Assembly: GCA_041191485.1 (NCBI GenBank)
Contig: JBEEOS010000001.1
Coordinates: 1 to 51,350, forward strand
From: Pseudomonadota bacterium
Lineage (GTDB): Bacteria > Pseudomonadota > Gammaproteobacteria > Burkholderiales > Burkholderiaceae_C
Length of the DNA stretch: 51,350 nt
Direction: 5' to 3'
Shown here: piece by piece, positions 11,664 through 20,302 of the stretch
Layout of the letters: each line of letters opens with the position of its first letter
Numbering within the stretch: position 1 is the stretch's first letter
The notes under the pieces: generated by a model
What the model was told of the DNA's origin: nothing
The model's input: the letters and a program-made list of their open reading frames with translations, nothing else
Databases searched by the model: none
Position numbers and translations under genes: made by a program

Positions 11664-11710
11664 ATTGTCTCTCCAGTGTGTGTGGTCAACCAGTTTGAGG
11701 TGTGGGGTAA

Positions 11711-11740
11711 ATAATAACTGTACTTATCAATTGCTGTCAA
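11711..11740 (-). promoter_or_regulatory. sigma70-type promoter of the monooxygenase gene
   Basis: Minus strand TTGACA (11740-11735), 18-nt spacer, TATTAT (11716-11711), in an AT-rich patch. Confidence 0.65.
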
Positions 11741-11802
11741 TATGGTAAGTATGCATATTAAATACGGATGGTTTTTCTGATGAGAGGCATGAACAGGAAA
11801 GC

Positions 11803-12438
11803 TCAGTCCCTGTTCGTCTTGCGCAGGTACAGCTGGTCTGACCAGGTGGCGAGCCATTCTGGTTTGAATGCCACAAAAATGGCGGTCAACAGCCCAGTGA
11901 GAAAAGCATCGCCCCAAGCCATCAGCCACTGCGCGACAAGTGACAAGCCAGTGCCTATGGTACTGGGCGTGTCATCGAGCAGCACCATCAGGCTGCGCCC
12001 AGCAAACATGCACACAGCGGTGCCCACAAAGCCTCGTCCCAAAATAAAGATGAAAGGGTGCGGTGGCGTATATCGCCGTAAAGCAGCACCGAGCAGCAGG
12101 GCCAGACTGCTGGGTAGCCAGGCCAGTTCAAACCATTGCCAAAGAAACCATCCGCTGGCTGAGGGGGCGATCCAGTCGGACACCAGGCTCACGCCCAGCA
12201 GGACCCAAACGGCCAAAGGCCAGCCGAGCATCAAAGTGACCAGCACCGAGCCTGTCAGCTGCAATTGCAAAGGCATGGCGTGCAGACGGGGCAACGCCCA
12301 AAACCAGGGCAGGATGACCAGGCTGGCCAGCATGGGTGTCCACAAATGCGGATCGCGCAGCTGCCGCCAGGGACGCACCATCAGGCCAGCCAGAAGGCTC
12401 AGGCCCAGTGCCAAAAGCAGCCAGAAGGGAGAGGACAT
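11803..12438 (-). CDS. membrane protein, energy-coupling factor S-component/CbiM-like permease
   Basis: About 6-7 hydrophobic segments; LTGSVLVTLMLGWPLA, HPFIFILGRGF and WGDAFLTGLLTAIFVAFKPEWLATWSD motifs typical of this proteobacterial family. Confidence 0.7.
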   Translation of the reverse strand: MSSPFWLLLALGLSLLAGLMVRPWRQLRDPHLWTPMLASLVILPWFWALPRLHAMPLQLQLTGSVLVTLMLGWPLAVWVLLGVSLVSDWIAPSASGWFLWQWFELAWLPSSLALLLGAALRRYTPPHPFIFILGRGFVGTAVCMFAGRSLMVLLDDTPSTIGTGLSLVAQWLMAWGDAFLTGLLTAIFVAFKPEWLATWSDQLYLRKTNRD

Positions 12439-12591
12439 GCGAACAACCGGGGCCTATAAAACGTGTGACAGCTGCAAGCATATGCGGGTCGTTTGAAGGC
12501 AGCTTGATCCTGATCATTGCCGTCCTCTGGGCTTGAGCATCGCAGCAGGTATGCTTGCACCCTTGTGCTCACCCTTGCGTGTTGAAACGTC

Positions 12592-13341
12592 ATGCCAGAA
12601 CAAATGCTTGTCCCCCCTCTGACGCCCGTTGATTTGTTGCAAACCCAACTGCGCGCGCAGGGTTTTGCTGTGCTCTCGGCCCGGGATGTGTGCGCACTGT
12701 CCGGGGTGTCTTTGTCGGATTTGCAGGCCTTTGCCACCGATTGGGCGGATTTGCCGCCAGACCAATACCTCAAGGATGGTGGGCGTTATCGTCGCCGTCG
12801 CCATGCCAGTTTGCGCGTTGATGGGCAGCAGTGCCAGCTGATGCCGCATCGTGCGCATTGGCAGCCCTTGTCCTACAACGCCTTGCATGGCGGGATGCAG
12901 CGCTGGTTCGATCCCATCAAGCCCGAATGGCTGCAGCAGGATTTCTGGTCGCGGCTGATGGTCTGGTTGGGGCAGGTGACTTCTGGCCTGCGCAGTCCAC
13001 AGCCCTGGTTTGCCGAAGCGCATCAGTTCCGCATCGACACCACAGATGGCATTGGCCGCCCTACGCCAGAAGGGGCGCATCGCGACGGTGTCGATCTGGT
13101 GGCCGTGTTCATGGTGGGGCGCAAGGGCATCAAAGGCGGAGAGACCCGCGTCTTTGATGTGCAAGGACCGCAGGGCCAGCGCTTTACCTTGACCGAGCCG
13201 TGGTCAGTGCTCTTGCTCGATGACACGCGCGTGATTCATGAGTCCACACCGATTCAGCCTATCGGTGATGTCCCGGGCACACGGGACACGCTGGTCATCA
13301 CCCTGCGTGCAGAACGTTTTCTGGACGATCCACAGACGTAA
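12592..13341 (+). CDS. 2OG-Fe(II) dioxygenase family protein (2OG-Fe_Oxy_2-like)
   Basis: GGRYRRRRHA, EAHQFRI, PTPEGAHRDGVD (HxD), VIHESTPI (distal His) and RDTLVIT motifs. Confidence 0.85.
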   Translation: MPEQMLVPPLTPVDLLQTQLRAQGFAVLSARDVCALSGVSLSDLQAFATDWADLPPDQYLKDGGRYRRRRHASLRVDGQQCQLMPHRAHWQPLSYNALHGGMQRWFDPIKPEWLQQDFWSRLMVWLGQVTSGLRSPQPWFAEAHQFRIDTTDGIGRPTPEGAHRDGVDLVAVFMVGRKGIKGGETRVFDVQGPQGQRFTLTEPWSVLLLDDTRVIHESTPIQPIGDVPGTRDTLVITLRAERFLDDPQT

Positions 13342-13376
13342 AAAAGCCCGCCGCATCCAGCGATGGGCGGGCTTTC
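13341..13376. terminator. bidirectional intrinsic terminator
   Basis: AAAAAGCCCGCC...GGCGGGCTTT between convergent genes. Confidence 0.8.
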
Positions 13377-13393
13377 AATTGGCAGAGTGCAGC

Positions 13394-14578
13394 TTACATG
13401 CGCTCAAAAATCGCTGCGATGCCTTGACCCCCACCGATGCACATGGTGACCAGAGCGTAGCGCCCCTGGATGCGTTGCAGCTCGTACAGGGCTTTCACGG
13501 TGATCAGCGCGCCCGTGGCGCCAATCGGGTGGCCCAGCGAAATGCCGGAGCCATTGGGGTTGACCTTGGCCGGGTCCAGGCCCAGTTCCTTGCTGACGGC
13601 GCAGGCTTGTGCTGCAAAGGCTTCGTTGGCCTCGATCACGTCCAGATCGTTCACGCTCAGGCCTGTGCGCTTGAGTACGGCTTGCGTGGCGCTGATCGGG
13701 CCCACTCCCATGATCTTGGGATCCAGGCCAGTGTGGGCATACCCGACCAGTCGGGCCATGGGCGCCAGGCCACGGGCCTTGGCTGCTCCTGCCTCCATCA
13801 GCACCACTGCGGCTGCGGCGTCGTTGATGCCGGAGGCGTTACCCGCGGTCACAGTGCCGTTTTCCTTGACGAACACGGGCTTGAGCTTGGAGAAGTCTTC
13901 CAGCTTGGCGCCTGTGCGGAAGTGCTCGTCGGTGGCGTAGGCGACTTCGCCTTTTTTGCTCTTGAGCATGACGGGCACGATCTGGTCCTTGAAGCGGCCT
14001 TCAGCCGTTGCGCGCTCTGCGCGGGTGTGGCTTTCAAGGGCCAGGGCGTCCTGCATTTCACGGCTGATGCCGAATTGGGCGGCCACGTTCTCGGCCGTCA
14101 CACCCATGTGGATGTTGTGGAAGGGGTCGTGCAGCGCGCCAACCATCATGTCCACCATTTTGGTGTCTCCCATGCGGGCACCCCAGCGGCTGGTCAGGCT
14201 GGCATATGGTGCGCGGCTCATGTTTTCGGCGCCGCCACCAATGGCGACATCGCAGTCACCCAGTGCAATGGCCTGGCTGGCGCTGACGATGGCCTGCAGG
14301 CCCGAGCCGCACAGGCGGTTGACGTTGAAGGCCGGGGTGCTTTGAGCGCAGCCGCCGTTGATGGCCGCCACGCGCGAGAGGTACATGTCCTTGGGTTCGG
14401 TGTTGACGACGTGGCCAAACACCACATGGCCCACGTCTTTGCCATCGGTGCTGGCACGGGCCAGGGCCTCGCGCACCACCAGCGCAGCCAGTTCGGTAGG
14501 AGGGGTGTCTTTGAGGCTGCCACCATAGGTGCCAATGGCGGTACGAACTGCGCTGACGACGACGACTTCACGGCTCAT
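13394..14578 (-). CDS. bktB: acetyl-CoA C-acyltransferase (beta-ketothiolase, BktB-like)
   Basis: NRLCGSG (catalytic Cys), NEAFAAQ, GHPIGATG and CIGGGQG motifs; TEPKDMYLSR is characteristic of BktB. Confidence 0.88.
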   Translation of the reverse strand: MSREVVVVSAVRTAIGTYGGSLKDTPPTELAALVVREALARASTDGKDVGHVVFGHVVNTEPKDMYLSRVAAINGGCAQSTPAFNVNRLCGSGLQAIVSASQAIALGDCDVAIGGGAENMSRAPYASLTSRWGARMGDTKMVDMMVGALHDPFHNIHMGVTAENVAAQFGISREMQDALALESHTRAERATAEGRFKDQIVPVMLKSKKGEVAYATDEHFRTGAKLEDFSKLKPVFVKENGTVTAGNASGINDAAAAVVLMEAGAAKARGLAPMARLVGYAHTGLDPKIMGVGPISATQAVLKRTGLSVNDLDVIEANEAFAAQACAVSKELGLDPAKVNPNGSGISLGHPIGATGALITVKALYELQRIQGRYALVTMCIGGGQGIAAIFERM

Positions 14579-14660
14579 GGGATAGGTCTCCGGTTCTAAT
14601 GAAAATTGTAAGAAGGATCAGTGTCCGGGGGAAAAGCTACAAGCAACTGACAGACCAGTT

Positions 14661-15425
14661 TTACTGGTCTGCTTCCCGGACATCGGCCACGCTTTGGCTG
14701 CCGAAGTCGGCGCGAGCCAAGTAAGCCAGTACCTGGCGCGCTGCCTCCTCGCTGGAGGTCAGCAGCCCGTGGGTTTTGAGTTTTTCGAAACGGGGCTGGT
14801 CGGGAAATTGTGCGGCAGATGCCTCGCGCAGCTCGACTTGCATGTCTGTGTCCACCACGCCTGGCGCAAGAGCGCACACGCGTGCCCCGTGTTCGCGCTG
14901 CGCCTCATCCAGCGCCAGACAGCGGGTGAAGTGGTCCAGCCCGGCCTTGGCGGCGCAATACGCCGACTGCGAAGCCATGGGCCTGCGCCCCAGTCCGGAG
15001 GAGATATTGAGCACTTTCAGGGGCACGCCCCAGTCGCGAGTCGCGTATAAAAAACGGGATGTGATTTGCATGGGGGCTTCCAGCCCCACGCGCAAAGCGC
15101 GTGCCAGCTCTGCGGGATGCGCACTGCTCAACGGGGTGATGGCTGGAATCATGCCCGCGTTGTTGATCAAGGTGGCCGAGCTGAACGCTTGGGCGCCCTG
15201 CAGTGCCAGCCAGTCCTGAAGACGCTGGCTCACGGCCTCACCATCAATGAGATCGTGTGTCCACTGCGTCAGGGGGATGTCGGCTTGCGCAGCCGTTTGG
15301 GCCAGCGATGCATTGGCGTGACGGGAGATGCACAGCAGGCTGTTGCCGGGTTGCATCAGTTGCTGGGCCATGGCCAGACCAAGACCACGCGAAGCACCTG
15401 TGAGCACGTACAGATGAGGCTTCAT
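14661..15425 (-). CDS. short-chain dehydrogenase/reductase (sepiapterin/benzil reductase-like)
   Basis: TGASRGLG, NNAG, NISSG, YCAAK and APGVVDT motifs. Confidence 0.88.
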   Translation of the reverse strand: MKPHLYVLTGASRGLGLAMAQQLMQPGNSLLCISRHANASLAQTAAQADIPLTQWTHDLIDGEAVSQRLQDWLALQGAQAFSSATLINNAGMIPAITPLSSAHPAELARALRVGLEAPMQITSRFLYATRDWGVPLKVLNISSGLGRRPMASQSAYCAAKAGLDHFTRCLALDEAQREHGARVCALAPGVVDTDMQVELREASAAQFPDQPRFEKLKTHGLLTSSEEAARQVLAYLARADFGSQSVADVREADQ

Positions 15426-15488
15426 CCCGACATGCTAACGCGCTGCATGGTTTTTGAACAGGGTGGCTTACCCCGGTGTGTGGCGGTT

Positions 15489-16130
15489 TCAGAAGGGCAG
15501 TGGCGATTGCCAGTGCATGACTTGTCCAGTGACGGGATGCGCAAGTTCAAGTTGCCAGGCATGCAGCAAGAGCCGGGGCGCGCTAACAGAAGCATCAACG
15601 GGGGCATACAAAGGATCGCCGACCATGGGGTGTCCAAGTGCCAAGGTATGCACGCGCAGTTGGTGGGTCCGCCCGGTGTGGGGCTGCAGCAGTAGCCGCG
15701 TGGTGTTTGGCCAGGGGCCCTCACCGAGACTGGTCCATTGCGTCTGACTGGGTTTGCCATGTTCGTGGCAAATGATGCTGCGAGGGCGGTTGAGCCAGTC
15801 AATACGGACAGGCAGGTCGATCAGGCCTGTGGTGCCTTCGGGGCCCATGTCGCCCAAGACCACGGCCTGGTAGCGCTTGCTGATGAGGCGTTTTTCAAAG
15901 CACTGGCCCAGCTGCTTTTGCAGCTGGGGGCTGCGCGCCATGATCAATAAACCCGAGGTGGCCATGTCCAGACGATGCACCAACAGGATTTCGGGGTAAA
16001 CGGCCTGCACGCGCGCCAGCAGGCAGTCCTGTTTGTCGGGGCCACGCCCCGGAATGCTCAGCAGTCCGGAGGGTTTGTCGAGCACCAGCAGGTGTTCGTC
16101 TTCGTGAATGATGGAAAAGGCACCGGACAT
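15489..16130 (-). CDS. rluA: RluA family pseudouridine synthase
   Basis: DKPSGLLS, HRLDMATSG (catalytic Asp), TGRTHQLRVH, GDPLY and LLLHA motifs. Confidence 0.9.
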   Translation of the reverse strand: MSGAFSIIHEDEHLLVLDKPSGLLSIPGRGPDKQDCLLARVQAVYPEILLVHRLDMATSGLLIMARSPQLQKQLGQCFEKRLISKRYQAVVLGDMGPEGTTGLIDLPVRIDWLNRPRSIICHEHGKPSQTQWTSLGEGPWPNTTRLLLQPHTGRTHQLRVHTLALGHPMVGDPLYAPVDASVSAPRLLLHAWQLELAHPVTGQVMHWQSPLPF

Positions 16131-16133
16131 CGA

Positions 16134-17444
16134 TCAATGGTCCACGCTGGCTCGAATGCGATTGACCTGCAGTGGTGTCACTTCGCCCGCCTGGTTGCCC
16201 CATTGCGAACGGACATAGCTCAGCACGGCTGCGATTTGACGGTCGTCCAGCGACATCTTGAAGGGCGGCATGCCATAAGGACTGGGGCGCTGCTGGGTTG
16301 AAGGGCCATAGCCACCTTGCAAAATGGACAGCACCAGGTTTGTGGGGTTGGGGTCTTGCACAGCCAGACTGCCAGCCAGGGCCGGGTAGGCCTGTGTCAG
16401 TCCCTTGCCTTGTTTGCCATGGCATTGGGCACACTGCGCTTTGTAGATGTCCTGGCCCACATCCACCACACTCCAGCGCGGCGCTGGGGCGGGCGGAGGG
16501 TTGCTTTGGGTCTGCTGGCTTGCGCGTTCTTTCAGGTAGGCCAGGATGGCTTGCGCATCGGCCGGGGTCAGGTATTGCAGGCTGTGCTGCACCACCTCGG
16601 CCATGGGCCCGGAGGCCACGCTGCGGTCGTGGTAGCCGGTTTGCAGGCGACGCAGCCATTGGGCCGTGTCCATGCTCAGGATGCCGATTTGCGCATCGCT
16701 GAGCAGGTCAGGCGCGTGCCACCCTTGCGCGGGTATGACCGATCCGGAGAGGTCGCGTACATCGGGGAAGCTGCCCAGCACATCGCGCTGGCCGTGGCAG
16801 GCGGCGCAATGGCCCAGGGCTTCGACCAGGTAGGCGCCGCGTTGCACGGGTGTGGGCGCAGCCGGTTGCGGGTCGGGCTCGGATGCGGCATCAAAGTACA
16901 GACTGCGCCAGACGGCCAAAGCCGCTTGCGTGCCCAGTGGCCATCGTAAGGCGTGGGGCGGCTGGGCTTGCTGCGCAGCAGGCAGACTCTGCAGCCATTG
17001 CCACAAGGCGTCACTGTCGCTGCGGCTGATCAGGCGGGTGTGGTTGTAGGGAAAGACGGGTGCCAGCAAACGGCCCGATGGTGTGCGTCCAAGTTGCAGT
17101 GCTACCCAGAAGTCTTGCGCTGTCCATCGGCCCAGGCCGGTTTCGGGGTCGGGGGTGAGGTTGCTGCTGTACACCGTGCCGAAAGGCGTGTCGATGGCGC
17201 GCGCACCACTCATCAAGGGCTGCCCGCGCACCGAATGGCAGGCGATGCAGTTGCCTGCACGCGCCAGGTATTGACCGCGCTCTATTTGCTGCTGTCGGGC
17301 AGCTTCCGTCAAGGGGGCAGCCATGCGGGTGGGCGCAGAGGCTTGCCGCCCCCAGTTGTCCCAAGCCATCCACGCGCTTATGGCCAGCCACAAGGCCGCA
17401 CTGACCAGCAGTGGCAGGCGAACCCACACAGGCCATCGATTCAT
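16134..17444 (-). CDS. membrane-anchored triheme cytochrome c (alcohol/gluconate dehydrogenase cytochrome subunit-like)
   Basis: Three CxxCH motifs (CIACH, CAACH, CAQCH); RGQYLARAG and TPFGTVYSSNLTPD motifs. Confidence 0.88.
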   Translation of the reverse strand: MNRWPVWVRLPLLVSAALWLAISAWMAWDNWGRQASAPTRMAAPLTEAARQQQIERGQYLARAGNCIACHSVRGQPLMSGARAIDTPFGTVYSSNLTPDPETGLGRWTAQDFWVALQLGRTPSGRLLAPVFPYNHTRLISRSDSDALWQWLQSLPAAQQAQPPHALRWPLGTQAALAVWRSLYFDAASEPDPQPAAPTPVQRGAYLVEALGHCAACHGQRDVLGSFPDVRDLSGSVIPAQGWHAPDLLSDAQIGILSMDTAQWLRRLQTGYHDRSVASGPMAEVVQHSLQYLTPADAQAILAYLKERASQQTQSNPPPAPAPRWSVVDVGQDIYKAQCAQCHGKQGKGLTQAYPALAGSLAVQDPNPTNLVLSILQGGYGPSTQQRPSPYGMPPFKMSLDDRQIAAVLSYVRSQWGNQAGEVTPLQVNRIRASVDH

Positions 17445-18193
17445 GGCTGACCTTTCTGCTCTGGCTGTGCGTCCAGCTCGGGCGCGCTGCCGCAACGCAG
17501 AGTGGCGTCCAGCGCCACGCCTTTTTGCAGGGTGCGGGCATGCGAAGGTGTTGAGACGGGCTGCATCGACAACCAGCTGGCCACGGCGATGATGTCGCCG
17601 GGGTTCATGCGCCGCACGATTGCTGCCATGCAGTCCGGCGCATGGGCTCTGCGCTCACCGGTTTGCCAGGCACCCAGTTGCGCGGTCAGGTAGTCCAGCG
17701 GCAGCCCCAGCAGGGCGGGGACATGGGGTTGTGTGCCCATCAAGGGGGCGCCGTGGCATGCGGCGCAGGCCGGCAGTTTGCGGGCGGCATCGCCGTGCAG
17801 GGCCAATTGACGACCATGTTCCAGGGCTTGCGGGCTGATGCGCGGCGCTTCACGGCTAGGGGCGGGGTAGGGGACATCCAGCGAGGCGAAAAATTGGGCC
17901 ATGCGCAGCAAATAGTCGTCGGACAAGGGCTGCACCAGCTGGGCCATGGGGCCGTAGCGACGACGCCCTTCAGCGAAATTGAGCAACTGGTGGTAGAGGT
18001 AGCCCGCGGGTTTTCCTGCCAGGCGAGGGTAGTACCCATCGGGTGCGGCGCGGCCTTGTTCGCCATGGCACGCAGTGCAGGCGCGCACGCGCTCGGCCAT
18101 GTCTGAGGGGATATCGGTTGCTGCCGCAGCGCCAAAGGACCACAACAGGGTCATCAAGGCGGTAGCAGCCCATCGGGACGAAACTTGAAACAT
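17441..18193 (-). CDS. diheme cytochrome c4 family protein
   Basis: Signal peptide; CTACH and CAACH; YPRLAG motif; stop overlaps the start of the next gene (ATGA). Confidence 0.88.
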   Translation of the reverse strand: MFQVSSRWAATALMTLLWSFGAAAATDIPSDMAERVRACTACHGEQGRAAPDGYYPRLAGKPAGYLYHQLLNFAEGRRRYGPMAQLVQPLSDDYLLRMAQFFASLDVPYPAPSREAPRISPQALEHGRQLALHGDAARKLPACAACHGAPLMGTQPHVPALLGLPLDYLTAQLGAWQTGERRAHAPDCMAAIVRRMNPGDIIAVASWLSMQPVSTPSHARTLQKGVALDATLRCGSAPELDAQPEQKGQP

Positions 18194-18277
18194 GGTCCAA
18201 AGATAACCGATCGGGACGCCTGAATCTATTCGCAGACTGCACACAGGGCCGAAACGGCGACAATGAGGGCCCTAGCC

Positions 18278-19351
18278 ATGCAAGCCATGAACCGTCCAAC
18301 CCCATCTTTGCCGCAACCTGCCGGCCCCGTGCCCCCTGGCCGTATCTGGCTTGCCCCCATGGAAGGCCTGCTGGACCACAGCCTGCGCGATGCATTGACC
18401 CGTTTTGGTGGGGTGGACATGTGTGTGACCGAGTTCATCCGTGTGACGGACACGGTCTTGCCCAGACGCGCTTTTGTGCGGGTCATGCCTGAACTGCTCA
18501 ACGCCGGACGCACAGCTGCCGGGGTGCCGGTGCGTGCGCAACTGCTGGGCTCCGACCCGGTGTGCCTGGCCGACAATGCGGCGGCATTGGCGCAACTGGG
18601 GCCGCACGGCATTGACCTGAATTTCGGGTGTCCTGCCAAGACGGTGAACCGACATCGTGGCGGGGCAGTGTTGTTGCAGGAGCCAGAACTCGTGCATCGC
18701 ATTGTCAGCGAGGTGCGGCGCGCGGTGCCTGCACATGTGCCGGTATCGGCCAAGATGCGCCTGGGCTATGAAGACGACAGCCTGGCCGAGGCCTGTGCCC
18801 AGGCCATTGAAGCCGCAGGCGCCAGCGAGCTGGTGGTGCACGCGCGCACCAAGGTGCACGGCTACAAGCCGCCTGCGTATTGGGATCGCATTGCCGACAT
18901 CCGCCAGACGGTCAAATTGCCGATGGTGGCCAATGGCGAAATCTGGAGCGTGGCCGATGCGCTGCGTTGCCGCGCGGTGACTGGTGTGCAGGATGTCATG
19001 ATCGGGCGTGGCATCGTGACCGACCCGGGCCTGGCCTGGGCCATTGCGCAGCACGACGCCAGCGGACACATTCACCTGCCTGGACAGGCTGTGCCATGGG
19101 CTGTGGTGCTCAAGGTGCTGGCACAAGTGTGGTGGCCGCGCATGAGCGGGCATGTGGAAGCACGGCACCGCGCCGGGCGGCTCAAGCAATGGTTCAATTA
19201 TTTGCGCAAGGCCTACCCCGAAGGGCAACTTGCGTTTGACGCTGTCCGGGTCATGCGTGATGCCCGTCAATTGCAGGACTGGTTGTCTGCGCAGTTGGGT
19301 TCAGACGAGTCATCTACCGAGCTGGCCTTGGCTTCATCGGCGGGCGCCTGA
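18278..19351 (+). CDS. dusC: tRNA-dihydrouridine synthase (DusC-like); start uncertain (18263/18278/18287)
   Basis: LAPMEG, CVTEFIRVT, QLLGSDP, IDLNFGCP, SAKMRLG, VHARTK and ANGEI motifs. Confidence 0.9.
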   Translation: MQAMNRPTPSLPQPAGPVPPGRIWLAPMEGLLDHSLRDALTRFGGVDMCVTEFIRVTDTVLPRRAFVRVMPELLNAGRTAAGVPVRAQLLGSDPVCLADNAAALAQLGPHGIDLNFGCPAKTVNRHRGGAVLLQEPELVHRIVSEVRRAVPAHVPVSAKMRLGYEDDSLAEACAQAIEAAGASELVVHARTKVHGYKPPAYWDRIADIRQTVKLPMVANGEIWSVADALRCRAVTGVQDVMIGRGIVTDPGLAWAIAQHDASGHIHLPGQAVPWAVVLKVLAQVWWPRMSGHVEARHRAGRLKQWFNYLRKAYPEGQLAFDAVRVMRDARQLQDWLSAQLGSDESSTELALASSAGA

Positions 19352-19360
19352 CTTCGCCGC

Positions 19361-20209
19361 TTAGACCAGCAGGGCGGCTATCCCACCTTCGGGTTCGAAA
19401 CGCTTGTTTCGAAAGTACAGCCTTGTAGGCCCAGCAAAGGCCGGCGTGCTCACGCTGTGCATGGGGTCGCCAGGGTAGCAGATCATGCGTTCACCGTGGA
19501 TGTCATGTGCCTCTGGTTCAACCAGCGCAGGAGGCCGTTGGCGGGCATCTGCCAGAGCTTGTTGCGCATGGCTGAAATGGCGCAGTTGTGCCAGGCTCAT
19601 GATTTGTGGTGGAGCCAGTTCGATCTGCCGATCCCAATAAGCCTGTAGGGCCTCATCCGGTGTGAGCCAGCGAATTTCGGTGGCTTCATGGTTGTCGTGT
19701 CGGCCTTCTTCTTGCGCACTGGCGTGTGCCAGAAAGAAGCGAGTATCAAATCGCTTGTTGGTGACCGAGGGTTGGCGCGGTGTGATCCAGCGTGACCACG
19801 GTACCAATAAAGTGGCTTTGAGCTTGTGGTCCAACCTGCTCACGATTTCGTGCCAGGGCTCGGAAGGTGTGGCAGTCTGGTGCAGACTTCCCAGAAGAAT
19901 GCCTGCCTCTTCGTGCAGTTCCCGCAAAGCGGCTACGTACAGGCCTGCAGCACGCGTGGTCTCCAGTGAGGGTTCCTGAAGCAGACGGTGAAGAGTGTGT
20001 GTGTCTTCCTGAAGCCATTGCAACAAGGCGGCAGACATGTCGTCATCGTCGAGTTTGCCGCCCGGAAAGACATGGACCCCACCCAGCACTTGTGAGGCGT
20101 TGTGACGCTGCATCATCAAGACCTGCAGGCCTTGAGGGCTGTCGCGCAGGAGCACGACTGTAGAGGCGTCGCGAGGCGGATCGGTGACGATTTCGGAGTT
20201 GAGCTCCAT
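19361..20209 (-). CDS. NUDIX hydrolase with split Nudix box (NUDT19-like)
   Basis: VFPGGKLDDDD...long insert...AALRELHEEAGI; RWITP, KRFDTRFF and LAPPQ motifs. Confidence 0.85.
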   Translation of the reverse strand: MELNSEIVTDPPRDASTVVLLRDSPQGLQVLMMQRHNASQVLGGVHVFPGGKLDDDDMSAALLQWLQEDTHTLHRLLQEPSLETTRAAGLYVAALRELHEEAGILLGSLHQTATPSEPWHEIVSRLDHKLKATLLVPWSRWITPRQPSVTNKRFDTRFFLAHASAQEEGRHDNHEATEIRWLTPDEALQAYWDRQIELAPPQIMSLAQLRHFSHAQQALADARQRPPALVEPEAHDIHGERMICYPGDPMHSVSTPAFAGPTRLYFRNKRFEPEGGIAALLV

Positions 20210-20302
20210 GAGACTGTCTTTTGTTTATATTCCAGTCATGATGCCATGTTCAGCATCTGCGCTCTGTCGTTTGGGCGTCAATGTTCAAGGAAGGTAAACA
20301 GG

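Noticed and set aside
9739-11800. Possible genomic island integrated at tRNA-Asp
   Set aside because: No integrase, and I found no duplicated tRNA 3' end (att site) downstream; coding composition resembles the flanks.
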